A stretch of DNA of 64,000 nt from Opitutia bacterium. Its GTDB lineage: Bacteria > Verrucomicrobiota > Verrucomicrobiia > Opitutales > Opitutaceae. The notes below the pieces were generated by a model that had not been told where the DNA came from, did not search any database, and saw nothing but the letters and a program-made list of their open reading frames with translations. The stretch covers positions 672,001 to 736,000 of the forward strand of contig CANJVR010000002.1 of NCBI GenBank assembly GCA_947478395.1, given 5' to 3'. This document shows positions 31,284 through 44,100 of this stretch, piece by piece (position 1 is the first letter of the stretch; every line of letters starts with the position of its first letter). The translations under genes were made by a program, and so were the position numbers.

Positions 31284-33425
31284 TCAACGATAAAGGGCCG
31301 TCGTCGGCGCCGCCGTCAGCACGTTGTACTGGCGGATCGCGAGTCGCCACCATTCGGCCACCGCGCTGGAAGGACTACTCCACAGCTCGCGGTGCAGCCA
31401 AATCATCGAATCGGCATCGAGCAGCAGCGCCATTTTCTCCTTTGTCGCGAGCTTCTCCGGACCTTCCCGCAACAGGCGCTGACGCAGCTGAGCAAACCAC
31501 TCGCGCGCCTCCTCACTCGGCCGGCGCTGACGCAGCAGACCGACGTGCATGGCATTGATGTACGGATCAAGCACCGCTTGCATCAGGCCGTAATCGGTGC
31601 GCAATGGCTCGAAAGGCGGCAGATGCCGGTAGCACTCCGCGAGATTTTGCTGGAGCCGTTTAAGCTCGTACGGCGGATGCGTCTCCTCGGGCGTGAGAAA
31701 AAGGCCGAGGTCGCGCGAGCGGCGGCCGAACGCGGCGTTGCTGAGGAAAATTGAGAGCGGAATCGAAAGCACCAAACCGGCGATCACGGGACTCAGCCAC
31801 CAGAAGAATGCCGGCTGCAAAATGAACGACGACAAGCCCCACACCAGGCCGAAAACTGTCTGGCCTCCATGAGTGAGAATCGCCTCACGCCAGTCCGTGC
31901 CACCGTCCTCGCTCGCGCGCTGCTGGGTCACCCACGCCACCCCTTGGCCGAGCAGTGTGAACAGAACAAACTTCGCGTTGAAAATCATGTTGATCGGCGC
32001 CAACAGCGCGGAGGCCACAGTTTCCAGCAAAGCGCTGAGCACGAGTCGGCCGCGTCCACCGAACCGCGCCACCTCGCGGCCCCGGCCGAGCATGGCCACG
32101 ATGCTTACGACCTTCGGCAAAAAAAGCAGCAGCATCGTAAACGCGAACAGCGTCAGCGCCTCAGGGACTTCCACCATGTAGCCGAAGACCGAAGTAAAAT
32201 CCTGCGGTCGAGTTACCGTTGGCCGCGTCATCAGGCCGAATACATAGATTGTGCTCAACAGCAGGAACACGAGCCAGAGCAGCGACGAGGCGTACGCCAT
32301 CACCCCCATGAGCAGGTGAAACCGGTTCGCCGGACGAAAGCCCCGCGTCGTGAGCAGCCAGGCATGCTGCATGTTGCCCTGACACCAGCGCCGGTCCCGC
32401 TTGGCGCTGTCGATGAGCGTCGGCGGACCCTCCTCGTAACTGCCCTCGATCTCTGCCGCCAGCCACACCGCCCAGCCGGCTCGGCGCATCAGCGCCGCCT
32501 CGACAAAATCGTGCGAAAGAATCCGACCGCCAAAAGGCTCGCTCCCCGGGAGGTCCGGCAGCGAACAATGATCAATGAAAGGCTGCACGCGGATGATCGC
32601 GTTATGCCCCCAGTAATTCCCATCGTGTTGCTGCCAATAATTCAGCCCCGCGAGAAATAGCGGGCTGTAAAGACGGTTCGCGAACGATTGCAGCCGCGCA
32701 TAAAGCGTCTCGCCCTGCACGATGGCGGGCGCGGTCTGAATGATTCCCACAAGGGGATTCTTCTCCATCATCGCCACCAGCTGCACCAGCGCCCGACCCG
32801 TCATGATCGAATCCGCGTCGAGCACCACCATGTAGCGGTAATTTTTTCCCCAGCGCCGGAGAAAATCCGCCACGTTGCCCGCCTTCTTGTTAATCTGCTG
32901 GCGGCGCTTGCGGTAAAAAATCCGCCCGAATCCGCCCACCTGTTTGCACAATTCAACCCAAGCGACCTCCTCCTGGATCCACTGATTCGGGCGGGTCGAA
33001 TCGCTGAGGATAAAAAAATCGAAATGCTCGAGCTGCTTCGTCTCCTGTACGGAGCGATAGATGAGCCGCAGCCCCTCAAACACGCGGCTGACGTCCTCGT
33101 TGAAAACGGGCATGACAATCGCGGTTGATGCGAGTGTTGGCACCTCATCCGGATCGACCGTGGCCGCAATGCGCGAGCTGTCGCCGCCGCGGTTGATCAC
33201 ATAAAAGCCGACGAGCGCCGTGCAAAACCCCGTCGCGATATGGGCGAACAAAACCACGAAGAGCGCCAGCAAAACCAACTCCATACCGGTGATCCCATTT
33301 CGCCAGAGCAGGTCCGCCATGAACCATGAAGCGAGACTCGTCAGGCAGAAGATGCTCGAGAAAAACAAAAACCGCCGGCGGTTCAGCCGTCGCGAATCCA
33401 TCCGGTCATTAAGGAAAATGCGCAC
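31284..33425 (-). CDS. opgH: Osmoregulated periplasmic glucan glucosyltransferase H
   Basis: MPVFNED, FFILSDS, KKAGNVADF, LDADS, NYWGHNAIIR, LSHDFVEA, RDRRWCQGN. Confidence 0.96.
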   Translation of the reverse strand: MRIFLNDRMDSRRLNRRRFLFFSSIFCLTSLASWFMADLLWRNGITGMELVLLALFVVLFAHIATGFCTALVGFYVINRGGDSSRIAATVDPDEVPTLASTAIVMPVFNEDVSRVFEGLRLIYRSVQETKQLEHFDFFILSDSTRPNQWIQEEVAWVELCKQVGGFGRIFYRKRRQQINKKAGNVADFLRRWGKNYRYMVVLDADSIMTGRALVQLVAMMEKNPLVGIIQTAPAIVQGETLYARLQSFANRLYSPLFLAGLNYWQQHDGNYWGHNAIIRVQPFIDHCSLPDLPGSEPFGGRILSHDFVEAALMRRAGWAVWLAAEIEGSYEEGPPTLIDSAKRDRRWCQGNMQHAWLLTTRGFRPANRFHLLMGVMAYASSLLWLVFLLLSTIYVFGLMTRPTVTRPQDFTSVFGYMVEVPEALTLFAFTMLLLFLPKVVSIVAMLGRGREVARFGGRGRLVLSALLETVASALLAPINMIFNAKFVLFTLLGQGVAWVTQQRASEDGGTDWREAILTHGGQTVFGLVWGLSSFILQPAFFWWLSPVIAGLVLSIPLSIFLSNAAFGRRSRDLGLFLTPEETHPPYELKRLQQNLAECYRHLPPFEPLRTDYGLMQAVLDPYINAMHVGLLRQRRPSEEAREWFAQLRQRLLREGPEKLATKEKMALLLDADSMIWLHRELWSSPSSAVAEWWRLAIRQYNVLTAAPTTALYR

Positions 33426-33458
33426 AGGATCGTTCGATGTTCTTGGGGCGTTAAGGAC

Positions 33459-34034
33459 TCAACGTGTAACGCGGAAGATCGCGCCAAGCGCAGCGACGAA
33501 AAGCAGCCAGAGAAACAGGGTCCGCAGGATCGGCCATTTCTCGAAACGCTCGAGGGTTTCGCCGGCGGCACCGGGAATCAGACCGAGGTCGATGGGCCGC
33601 GGCACCATATTCGACACGGCCAGGTCGGGGCCTGCCACCAGCGAACTCGCTCGGATCGCATCGGCGAATTCTGCCGGGATGTTTTTCACGTCCAGGAAAG
33701 CGTACGGCCAGCGCTCCGAGCCGTCGCTGAGGAGCAGCGCCAGCCGTCCGTCGATCGCAATGCGCTCGTGCGGCTGGCCGCTCCGGTCAAGGACCGTGGC
33801 AAACCACGCATCCATCATGGCCTCGGTTTCCTCCGCGGCCAACGTGGTGAGATCGAGCGCGGGCTGCGCCGCGTGACGCTGCGCCGCGCGCTCCAGAATT
33901 TCCTGAATGAGCCGGCTTTGGTGCAGTCGGTTGTGGATGCGGTGCGCGCGAAGATAATCCTCAACCCGCACATAGGCGGCGTTCCACGCGTCCATCGTTC
34001 CGGTTCGCGGCCGAAACGAACTCAGGGATTCCAT
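33459..34034 (-). CDS. Hypothetical protein between opgG and opgH, C-terminal TM
   Basis: Start overlaps the opgG stop; RVEDYLRA, SNMVPRP, hydrophobic C-terminus. Start could also be MDAW at ~33995. Confidence 0.75.
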   Translation of the reverse strand: MESLSSFRPRTGTMDAWNAAYVRVEDYLRAHRIHNRLHQSRLIQEILERAAQRHAAQPALDLTTLAAEETEAMMDAWFATVLDRSGQPHERIAIDGRLALLLSDGSERWPYAFLDVKNIPAEFADAIRASSLVAGPDLAVSNMVPRPIDLGLIPGAAGETLERFEKWPILRTLFLWLLFVAALGAIFRVTR

Positions 34035-35641
34035 AGATAGCTCCATGTTTCCGTCAAAACGTGGGGACTCTTACGCAGAAAACAACGCAGTTCCACGGGC
34101 CGCCCCGTGCCGTCAGGTTTGATGCCGAAGCCCAGCCGCCAGCTTTGGTTAAACGGATTTTTCTGAACGGTTTTGTACGCGAGGGTCGCGCCGGCGCCCA
34201 CGATCACCACGGGCTCGATCTTGTAGTCGTTGGGCTGACCCCGCAGATCGGCCCCATCGAAGTCGATCACGAAGCGCCTCAGTTCCGGCTCATGCGTCCG
34301 AGAAAATCCGATACGCGTCGCAACCGCCACGCCCGCCGGCGGGTGAATCTGGTCACGAAACCAGTGGAGCTTATACTCGTAGTCGATCGGCTGGCCCACC
34401 GCCGGCAGCTGATCCGGCACCCAGAAGGCGACGATGTTATCGTTGGTCTCATCCGCCGCGGGTAACTCGGCCAGACGGACCGTACCACGGCCCCAATCGC
34501 CGACTGGCTCAATCCACGCATTGGTGCGGGCGTGATACGACGCCTCCAAATCCTGATAGGAGTCAAATTGACGGTCACGTTGGACCAGACCGAAGCCGCG
34601 CGGGTGATTGTCCGAGAACGCAGCTACACGCGTCGCCTTGGGATTAGAAAGCGGGCGCCAAATCCATTCGCCGGCGCCCGTGGCGACCATCAAGCCGTCC
34701 GAATCGTGCACTTCAGGTCGAAAATCTCCGTAGTTGGTCCCTGAGTTTTCGCCGTACCAAAACATGCTCGTCAGCGGAGCCAGTCCAAGGACCTTCGGAT
34801 TCTTCCGGCAGTAGAGCGCCGCCTTGATTTCCATCAGTGTCTCCGCGCCCGGCGTGACGGTAAACCGGTACGCGCCCGCCAGACTCGGGCTGTCCATCAG
34901 CGCATAGATCGTGAACTGCTTCGCGGTGGTCGACGGCCGCTCGATCCAGAATTCCTCGAAAACGGGAAACTCCTCCCCGTCGGACTCCGCGGTATTGACC
35001 GCCAGACCGCGCGCCGAGAGCCCGTAGACCGTGTTGATGCACAGTGAACGGAAGTAGCTCGCGCCCTGAAACGAAACGAGTTCGTCCCACGGACGGTCGA
35101 GCGGACCGAGCATGCGAAACCCGGCGAAACCAATTTTATCGCTGAGACCTTCGCCGACCTTGAGCTTGCCGTACTTGAACAAGCTGGACGAAAACCGGAT
35201 CGGCACCACGGTGCGTCCGGCAATTTCATTGAGCTGAATGGTCCGGTCGAAAACGAAACCCGGGTGGGAAAACTGAACTTGAAACGGGACGACCTCGCGG
35301 CGCCAGCGGGTCTGCTCTTCTTCGAACGTGATGAGCCGGTATTCGTCGTAGCTCAGGCGCAGGAGCGATTCGGGCACCGTGGTCGGCCGCCGTACGAACG
35401 GGCGCGCGGAAAGGTCCTTGGCCTTGGCGCGCAACGACTCGAAGTCGAAACCCTTATCCGCCGCTTGGCTCAAGTCCGCGGCGACGACGAACGCCAGTAA
35501 CGCACCCACCAGGCGGGTCGCCGCTTTCCAGCCGGATCGTATTTGTGCGCGGCCCGATGTGCTCGGGGCACCCTCGCCCCGCGCAAAATTATCGTTGGCC
35601 GCACCAACGGTTTCGCCCGAGCAAAAATATGAATCGTTCAT
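34022..35641 (-). CDS. opgG: Periplasmic glucan biosynthesis protein G/D
   Basis: FQGASYFR, YGLSARGLA, EEFP.F, APLTSMF, RPEVHDSDGL, ETNDNIVAFW, TETWSY. True start may be downstream. Confidence 0.94.
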   Translation of the reverse strand: MNDSYFCSGETVGAANDNFARGEGAPSTSGRAQIRSGWKAATRLVGALLAFVVAADLSQAADKGFDFESLRAKAKDLSARPFVRRPTTVPESLLRLSYDEYRLITFEEEQTRWRREVVPFQVQFSHPGFVFDRTIQLNEIAGRTVVPIRFSSSLFKYGKLKVGEGLSDKIGFAGFRMLGPLDRPWDELVSFQGASYFRSLCINTVYGLSARGLAVNTAESDGEEFPVFEEFWIERPSTTAKQFTIYALMDSPSLAGAYRFTVTPGAETLMEIKAALYCRKNPKVLGLAPLTSMFWYGENSGTNYGDFRPEVHDSDGLMVATGAGEWIWRPLSNPKATRVAAFSDNHPRGFGLVQRDRQFDSYQDLEASYHARTNAWIEPVGDWGRGTVRLAELPAADETNDNIVAFWVPDQLPAVGQPIDYEYKLHWFRDQIHPPAGVAVATRIGFSRTHEPELRRFVIDFDGADLRGQPNDYKIEPVVIVGAGATLAYKTVQKNPFNQSWRLGFGIKPDGTGRPVELRCFLRKSPHVLTETWSYLWNP

Positions 35642-36552
35642 TTATCCAAAAAAAAGCCGCGCTGTTTATCGGTAATGGGAAGCGCGGCGCGCTCCATCAC
35701 CTTCAGTATATCTTCCCAGATCATCCGCTTCGAGCGGTTCGTCTGACTGCGCAAAATATAGCTCGGGTGGTAGGTCACCATGAGCTGCTTACCCGCAAAT
35801 TCGTGCCATCTCCCACGCACTTCGCCGAGCGTTTTAAATGTTCCGAAACCGAGCAATCCCTGCGCCGCGGTGGAACCCAACGCGACGATCACCGCCGGTT
35901 GCACCACCTCGATCTGCGCCCGAAAAAATGGGAGACAGTAGCGCATCTCCTCCTCTGTCGGAGGACGATTTCCAACCGGCTCCCCGCCCCCGACCACGGG
36001 CACATCGGGCCGCCAGTTCATGATGTTAGCGATATAGACGTCGGACCGTTTCAGCCCCATCGCGCCAATCATTTTAGTGAGCAACTGCCCCGCGGGCCCG
36101 ACGAAAGGCTCGCCCTGGATCTCTTCTTCCGCTCCCGGCGCCTCGCCGACAAACATGATCTGCGCATCGAGATTACCGACCCCCAGAACGACTTTCTTGC
36201 CCGGACGCATCTGCGCACGATAGACCGGATCAGCAGTCACAAGCGCCAGCAGCGCCGCCGACCGCGCGGCTTTGTCGCCCTCGGGTAATTTAAAACTGGG
36301 CGAAGGCGGCAACGTTGAGCGCGACGGGGCAACCGGGACGGCCACCGCGGGCTTTGCTGCGAGCGACACCGCCGGAGACGCGACCGCCAATACCACCCCA
36401 GGTTTTGTCGGCGGCGTATCTCCCGCCGCGGGTTGCCGAGCTACAGCACGACGCAACGCCAGCAAACCCTCGGCGCTCACGCTGACCGTTTTCACTCCCG
36501 CCGATTTTAAACGGCGGAGTTCATTTGTGAGCACAGTGAGAGCGGATCGCAT
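35638..36552 (-). CDS. Uracil-DNA glycosylase family 4-like
   Basis: FVGEAPGAEE, PFVGPAGQLL, NRPP, TYHPSYILR. Confidence 0.9.
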   Translation of the reverse strand: MRSALTVLTNELRRLKSAGVKTVSVSAEGLLALRRAVARQPAAGDTPPTKPGVVLAVASPAVSLAAKPAVAVPVAPSRSTLPPSPSFKLPEGDKAARSAALLALVTADPVYRAQMRPGKKVVLGVGNLDAQIMFVGEAPGAEEEIQGEPFVGPAGQLLTKMIGAMGLKRSDVYIANIMNWRPDVPVVGGGEPVGNRPPTEEEMRYCLPFFRAQIEVVQPAVIVALGSTAAQGLLGFGTFKTLGEVRGRWHEFAGKQLMVTYHPSYILRSQTNRSKRMIWEDILKVMERAALPITDKQRGFFLDK

Positions 36553-36561
36553 GGCTGCTTT

Positions 36562-37155
36562 CTAGACGCGGAGCTGAATGAGTTTCTCCACGTGCTTGCC
36601 GAGCAAATCAAATTCGAGGTTCACGGCCTCACCGCCGCGGCGCGCGTGAAGATTCGTGGCCAGCATCGTGTGTGGAATCAGCCAGACGGCGAACTCGGTG
36701 TCGGCGACTTCGGCGATGGTCAGGGAAATCCCATCGATCGCGATGCTGCCTTTGTGGACGATATAACGCGTCAGATCCCGCGAAACGCGCACCCGTAAAT
36801 AATAATCTTTCCCACGTGGTTCGAGCGCCACCACGGTTCCCGTCGTATCGATATGGCCGGTCACAAAATGTCCGCCCACTTTACCGCCGAAGCGGAGACT
36901 GCGCTCGAGATTCACGGGGGAGCCCGCGGCCAAAGCCCCGAAATTCGTGAGACGGCGCGTCTCCTCCAGCACGTCGAAGTGCAGCGCGTTTTCACTTAAG
37001 CGCGCGAGGGTCAGACAACAGCCATTAACGGCAATGCTGTCGCCGAGCGTCGCATCGATGCGGGCCCGTTCACCCGCGATCGAAAGCTCCCATGCCTCAG
37101 CCTCCGGCCGGAACGAAACCACTTTACCAACTTCCTCAACGATGCCCGTAAACAT
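36562..37155 (-). CDS. ribE: Riboflavin synthase
   Basis: MFTGIVEE, GDSIAVNGCCLT, VNLERS, GGHFVTGHID, KGSIAIDGISLT. Confidence 0.96.
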   Translation of the reverse strand: MFTGIVEEVGKVVSFRPEAEAWELSIAGERARIDATLGDSIAVNGCCLTLARLSENALHFDVLEETRRLTNFGALAAGSPVNLERSLRFGGKVGGHFVTGHIDTTGTVVALEPRGKDYYLRVRVSRDLTRYIVHKGSIAIDGISLTIAEVADTEFAVWLIPHTMLATNLHARRGGEAVNLEFDLLGKHVEKLIQLRV

Positions 37156-37167
37156 GGTGCGATCGGG

Positions 37168-38595
37168 CTATTTCAACTTGGCGCGCAGGACCGCCGTGTC
37201 GCCGCCGCGGCTCACCAGCAGCACAAATTCGGTCCGCTGCGCATCCGCTTCGATGGCGACGAGTTTTTCCACGGCGGCGGCAAACGTCTTCACCTCGACG
37301 CCGTCGATCTCACGGATCCAGTCATCGGGCCGCAGGCCGGCGGTGGCGACGGGACTGTTGCCCCGCGCAAAATCCGCGACGACGCCGGTACGCTCGGTGA
37401 ATTTCACGCGGCGCGCGACCGCATCCCCGTAGACGAATTCGCGCGCGGTGAAACCGAGCCGTTCGAAATATTTGCGCTCCGCCTCGCGCATCAGCTTCGG
37501 CTCGTCACCGAGCGTCGCCTTCAATTCCACTCGCTCGCTTCCGCGCAGCACGGTGAAAGCCATGACGTCGCCCGGCACGCGCCGCTCGACCTCGCGTTCG
37601 ACAAACGCAACCACCACGCGGTCGGGCTTGAAGCGCGGCAACGGTTTGCCGTCGATCGCGAGCACGATATCGCGCGCCTGCATGCCGGCTTTTTCGGCGG
37701 GACTGCCGTCGAGGATTTCGCTGACGACCGCGCCGGACTGCGATTCCAGTTTCAAAAACGCCGCGACCTCGCGGTCCATCGGCTCAAAGCCATCGGCCCC
37801 CAGCCAAGCCAGCGGGCGGCCCGAAATATTTTTCGGAATCCGCCCGAGATACGGGAGTACTTCCTCAGCGAGCTGAAACGCACTGCTTTCCTCGACGTTG
37901 ATCAGCATGATCGGCGAGCCGCCTCGCTCCATGCGGGAAAACTGAACAAAGGTCTGGCCGAACGACGTCGAGGCGAGCCCGATGAACTGGCCCGCGAGAT
38001 TAAACACCGGCAGGCCGGGACCAGCGATTTCCTGCTGGGCGATCGCGGTGCGCTGCGGGAGCGCCTGAATCAGGGCGATGTGACTTTTCAAAATATAAGG
38101 GGCGAAATCCTCATCCTTGTTGCGCAAGCCCAAGCCCCAAATTTCCTCCGCCAAAGCCGGGACCGGCGGTACGCCCGGTGCCGCAAACGCGGTGATCGGC
38201 ACGAGTTGCCCCCGCAGTTTTTCTTCCACCCGGACGAAATGCCAGCCGGTGAGCACGTCCTGTCCGAGGTATTCGCCGGTTGAACTCGTGGCGTCGCCCG
38301 GCAGGTAAACCTTGAAATCTTTCATCTGCGCGGCTGCAGCGCGGGGATCGATCGCGGCCGCGGGCAGGATGATCGTGCCCATCTTGTCCGCCACGATCCC
38401 GAACGCGACGTTCGGGCGGCGGTCGGTTTCAGTGATCGCGATGTATTCCACGGCGACCACGCTCTTCAGGCGCTCCGCCCAAAGGGCCGGTAAGTCCGAG
38501 GCTTTGAGTCTCACCGGTCCTGTTAGACCTAGAAGACTGAGAAGACCGACCCGTGCGACCAGCGGTAGTTTAAATTTCAGAAAACGAAATTTCAT
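37168..38595 (-). CDS. Secreted PDZ-domain protein with degenerate trypsin-like domain
   Basis: Signal peptide, two PDZ-like regions (SPAEKAG, SPVATAGL); no GNSGG, PGLPVFN in its place. Confidence 0.8.
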   Translation of the reverse strand: MKFRFLKFKLPLVARVGLLSLLGLTGPVRLKASDLPALWAERLKSVVAVEYIAITETDRRPNVAFGIVADKMGTIILPAAAIDPRAAAAQMKDFKVYLPGDATSSTGEYLGQDVLTGWHFVRVEEKLRGQLVPITAFAAPGVPPVPALAEEIWGLGLRNKDEDFAPYILKSHIALIQALPQRTAIAQQEIAGPGLPVFNLAGQFIGLASTSFGQTFVQFSRMERGGSPIMLINVEESSAFQLAEEVLPYLGRIPKNISGRPLAWLGADGFEPMDREVAAFLKLESQSGAVVSEILDGSPAEKAGMQARDIVLAIDGKPLPRFKPDRVVVAFVEREVERRVPGDVMAFTVLRGSERVELKATLGDEPKLMREAERKYFERLGFTAREFVYGDAVARRVKFTERTGVVADFARGNSPVATAGLRPDDWIREIDGVEVKTFAAAVEKLVAIEADAQRTEFVLLVSRGGDTAVLRAKLK

Positions 38596-39950
38596 GGTTT
38601 GAGAATATAGAGCGACACCCGCCGGTCGCGGCGCGCTTCGAAGAGCGTCGGTGCCGGCTTGAGTTCATAGGCGGTGTGCGCGGCCTGAATGACCGCGAGC
38701 GAGGCGACCGGTTGCTGATTAATTTTCGTGATGATATCGCCGCGGGCTACCCCGGCTACCTCGGCCGGGAAGCCCGGTTGTACGCCGATCACGAGCACGC
38801 CGCTGTCGTCGGCCAGCTGCGATTCGCGGGCGAACGCCCGCGATACCTTGCGTACACTCAGACCCCATTTTTCAAAGGCCCATTCTTCGCCGACCCGACT
38901 TTCGAGGCGCTCCGTCGTGACCGTGACGTCGGTGGTCTGGCCCGCGCGTTTGTAGGTGAGCCGAAGCTTCGAGCCGACGGGCTGGCTCGCGATGAGATTT
39001 TGAATCGGCGGCAACTGCTCGGGAAAACGTCCATCCAAGTTGGTGCCGTCGACGGACAGGACAATGTCGCCGCCGCGCAATCCGGCCTTCGCGGCCGGCG
39101 AACCCGGGTCGACGCTGTCGACGAGTACGCCGGTGTTGAGCGCCAGCGCGTAGAAGTTTTCCAGATCCTGCACCTTGCGCGGGACAATGCCGATGTAGCT
39201 GCGGACGATCGTGCCATCCTTAACCAGGCCGCTGACGATTTTTTTGGCGATATTGGCGGGGATGGCGAAGCCCAGATTGTTTGCACCGAGATAGCCACGG
39301 GAGCTGATGCCGACAACCTTGCCGTCCTCCGTGACCAACGGACCGCCGGAGTTGCCGGGATTGATCGCCGCGTCGGTTTGCAACCAGGTATTGAACGCGC
39401 CGGTCTCGTAGCCATTGACCCCGATGTCGTCGGCGAAGTAGCGGTTGTTATTGGAAATGATTCCGCGGGTGACCGTGCGGGTCAGGCCATGCGGCGTGCC
39501 GACAGCGTAAACGGTCTGACCCGGGAAAAGTTTTCCGCTGTCCCCAAAATCAGCGGTCGCGAATTTTAATCCGCGGCGTTTTGCCTCCGCCATATCGATC
39601 CGCAAAAGCGCGAGATCCGTCCAGTGGTCCCAGCCGACCAGCTTCGCGTCGACGTTCTCAAGGTTGGCCAGCGTGATCGTGAGCTCGACCGCGTGGGGAT
39701 TGGCCACATGGGCATTCGTGAGGACCAGTCCGTCCGCGTTCAAAATCACGCCGGACCCAATGCTACCCACGTAACGGCGCGCGCCCGATTCGAACGACAC
39801 CTCGCGCACGGTGATGCAAACGACGGCGTCCAACAACTGGTTAAATCCTTTGCTCATGGCCGCGTGCGCCGAGGAAATCGCGAGGCCCGCGGCGAGCGCG
39901 AAGGCGAAGATTGACCGAGCAACTGAAAGATTAACAGTGGAGTGTTTCAC
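38592..39950 (-). CDS. HtrA/DegP-like serine protease with two PDZ domains
   Basis: [29 protein letters not shown] start gives a signal peptide ending AHA. Confidence 0.92.
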   Translation of the reverse strand: MKHSTVNLSVARSIFAFALAAGLAISSAHAAMSKGFNQLLDAVVCITVREVSFESGARRYVGSIGSGVILNADGLVLTNAHVANPHAVELTITLANLENVDAKLVGWDHWTDLALLRIDMAEAKRRGLKFATADFGDSGKLFPGQTVYAVGTPHGLTRTVTRGIISNNNRYFADDIGVNGYETGAFNTWLQTDAAINPGNSGGPLVTEDGKVVGISSRGYLGANNLGFAIPANIAKKIVSGLVKDGTIVRSYIGIVPRKVQDLENFYALALNTGVLVDSVDPGSPAAKAGLRGGDIVLSVDGTNLDGRFPEQLPPIQNLIASQPVGSKLRLTYKRAGQTTDVTVTTERLESRVGEEWAFEKWGLSVRKVSRAFARESQLADDSGVLVIGVQPGFPAEVAGVARGDIITKINQQPVASLAVIQAAHTAYELKPAPTLFEARRDRRVSLYILKP

Positions 39951-39953
39951 GCG

Positions 39954-42530
<2,577 letters not shown>

Positions 42531-42658
42531 CCTCGTCCGCAGATAGGAGCCCTGCGAGTCCCTTCCTGCATCCGCCCCACGCGCTGGAGCGTCGCGTTCG
42601 TTTTTCGCCGCCCCATTTCCGTCTTCCGCCCCGGCCCTCGCGCCTCCAACCTGCGCCG

Positions 42659-43504
42659 GTGCCGCTTTCCGCCTTCCTGCCTTCCGGGTTCGATCCCACC
42701 AAACCCGTCGCCCTCATCGCCGGCCAGGGCCTCTATCCGCAACTGGTCGCTCACGCCATTCGTGCCGCCGGCATTCCACTCAAACTGGTCGCGTTCCACG
42801 AAGAGACCAACCCCGAGCTCGTGGCGTCGTTTTCCGACGCCGACCGCCGCACGTTGCTCGTGGGTCAACTGGGGAAAATGCTGCGTGCCCTGCAGGATTT
42901 CGACGCGGGAAGCGCCATCATGGCCGGACAAATCGCGCCGAAACGGCTGTTCAAGGGTCTGCATCCCGACCTGAAGGCGACCCGGATTTTATTTTCCCTA
43001 AAACGCCGCAACGCTGAGACGATCTTCGGTGCGATCGCCACCGAAATTACCCAGCTCGGCATCGCGTTACTCGACGCCCGCTCGTTCCTCGACGATCAAC
43101 TCGCCACGACCGGCAACATGACGGGGCGCAGTTTCCCGATCGATGACGAGTATCTTAAACACGGTATCGAGATCGCCCGCGAATGCGCTCGGCTCGACAT
43201 CGGTCAGGGCTGCGTCGTGCGCAAGGGCACGGTGCTCGCAGTCGAGGCTTACGAAGGCACCGATGAAATGCTCCGCCGCGCGGGCACGCTAAAAACCGAC
43301 GGCACCCTCTTCGTGAAAACCGTGAAGGCCCGCCAGGATTTTCGGTTCGACGTGCCGTGCTTCGGGCTGCGCACGCTCGAGACCATGCGCGAAGCCAAGA
43401 TCTCCGCCGCGGCTCTGGAAACCGGGCGTGTGCTGATCCTCGACAAGCCCGCCGTCCTAACTCAGGCGCGGGCGTGGGGCATTAATTTGATGGGGTTTGA
43501 ATAA
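42659..43504 (+). CDS. lpxI: UDP-2,3-diacylglucosamine diphosphatase LpxI family
   Basis: LIAGQG, DIGQGCVV, AVEAYEGTD, QDFRFDVP. Confidence 0.88.
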   Translation: MPLSAFLPSGFDPTKPVALIAGQGLYPQLVAHAIRAAGIPLKLVAFHEETNPELVASFSDADRRTLLVGQLGKMLRALQDFDAGSAIMAGQIAPKRLFKGLHPDLKATRILFSLKRRNAETIFGAIATEITQLGIALLDARSFLDDQLATTGNMTGRSFPIDDEYLKHGIEIARECARLDIGQGCVVRKGTVLAVEAYEGTDEMLRRAGTLKTDGTLFVKTVKARQDFRFDVPCFGLRTLETMREAKISAAALETGRVLILDKPAVLTQARAWGINLMGFE

Positions 43505-43618
43505 CGGCGCGGCGGATTAGGTCCGCTTTGTGAAATGCGGCCGGGGCCGGCGGCGCTCCCGCGAATCCTTGCACCGCCCGACTTGCGCTCGACCCGTCTC
43601 CCTCCATCGTCCTTTCCT

Positions 43619-44098
43619 ATGCAACCCGACGTCGTCGCCGTCACCATCAAGGGAGTCATTCCCACCTCGAATGGCTGTGCCGTTTTTCTCGGCGACGACT
43701 CGAAAAGCTTTGTCATCTACGTCGACAATTCCGTCGGCAACGCGATCCAGATGACGCTCAGCGGCATCAAAAAAGAGCGTCCACTCACGCACGACCTGAT
43801 CGGCAGCATCCTGCTCGGCCTCGACGCGCGTCTCGAACACATCGTCGTCAACGACGCGAACAAGGACACGTTCTTCGCCCGTATCCTCCTGCGCATGGAA
43901 AACGAGCTGGGCAAAAAAATCGTCGAAATCGACGCCCGCCCGAGCGACTCCATCGTTCTCGCCCTCCAGCAACGCCGCCCCATTTACGTCGCGCGCGAAG
44001 TGTTCGCCAATGCGCCCGACATGTCGGACACGCTCGCCCGTTTTGAAAAACAACGGGCCGAGGAACGGGAATCATCGAGCGACGAAGAGACGACCTGA
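43619..44098 (+). CDS. Bifunctional nuclease family (DUF151)
   Basis: RPLTHDL, FFARI, IDARPSDSIVLAL. Confidence 0.9.
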   Translation: MQPDVVAVTIKGVIPTSNGCAVFLGDDSKSFVIYVDNSVGNAIQMTLSGIKKERPLTHDLIGSILLGLDARLEHIVVNDANKDTFFARILLRMENELGKKIVEIDARPSDSIVLALQQRRPIYVAREVFANAPDMSDTLARFEKQRAEERESSSDEETT

Positions 44099-44100
44099 AC

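Noticed and set aside
1839..31754. Many long antisense or alternate-frame ORFs (e.g. 1839-2684, 27692-28786, 29163-30524)
   Set aside because: Shadows of real genes in high-GC DNA; no motifs of their own.
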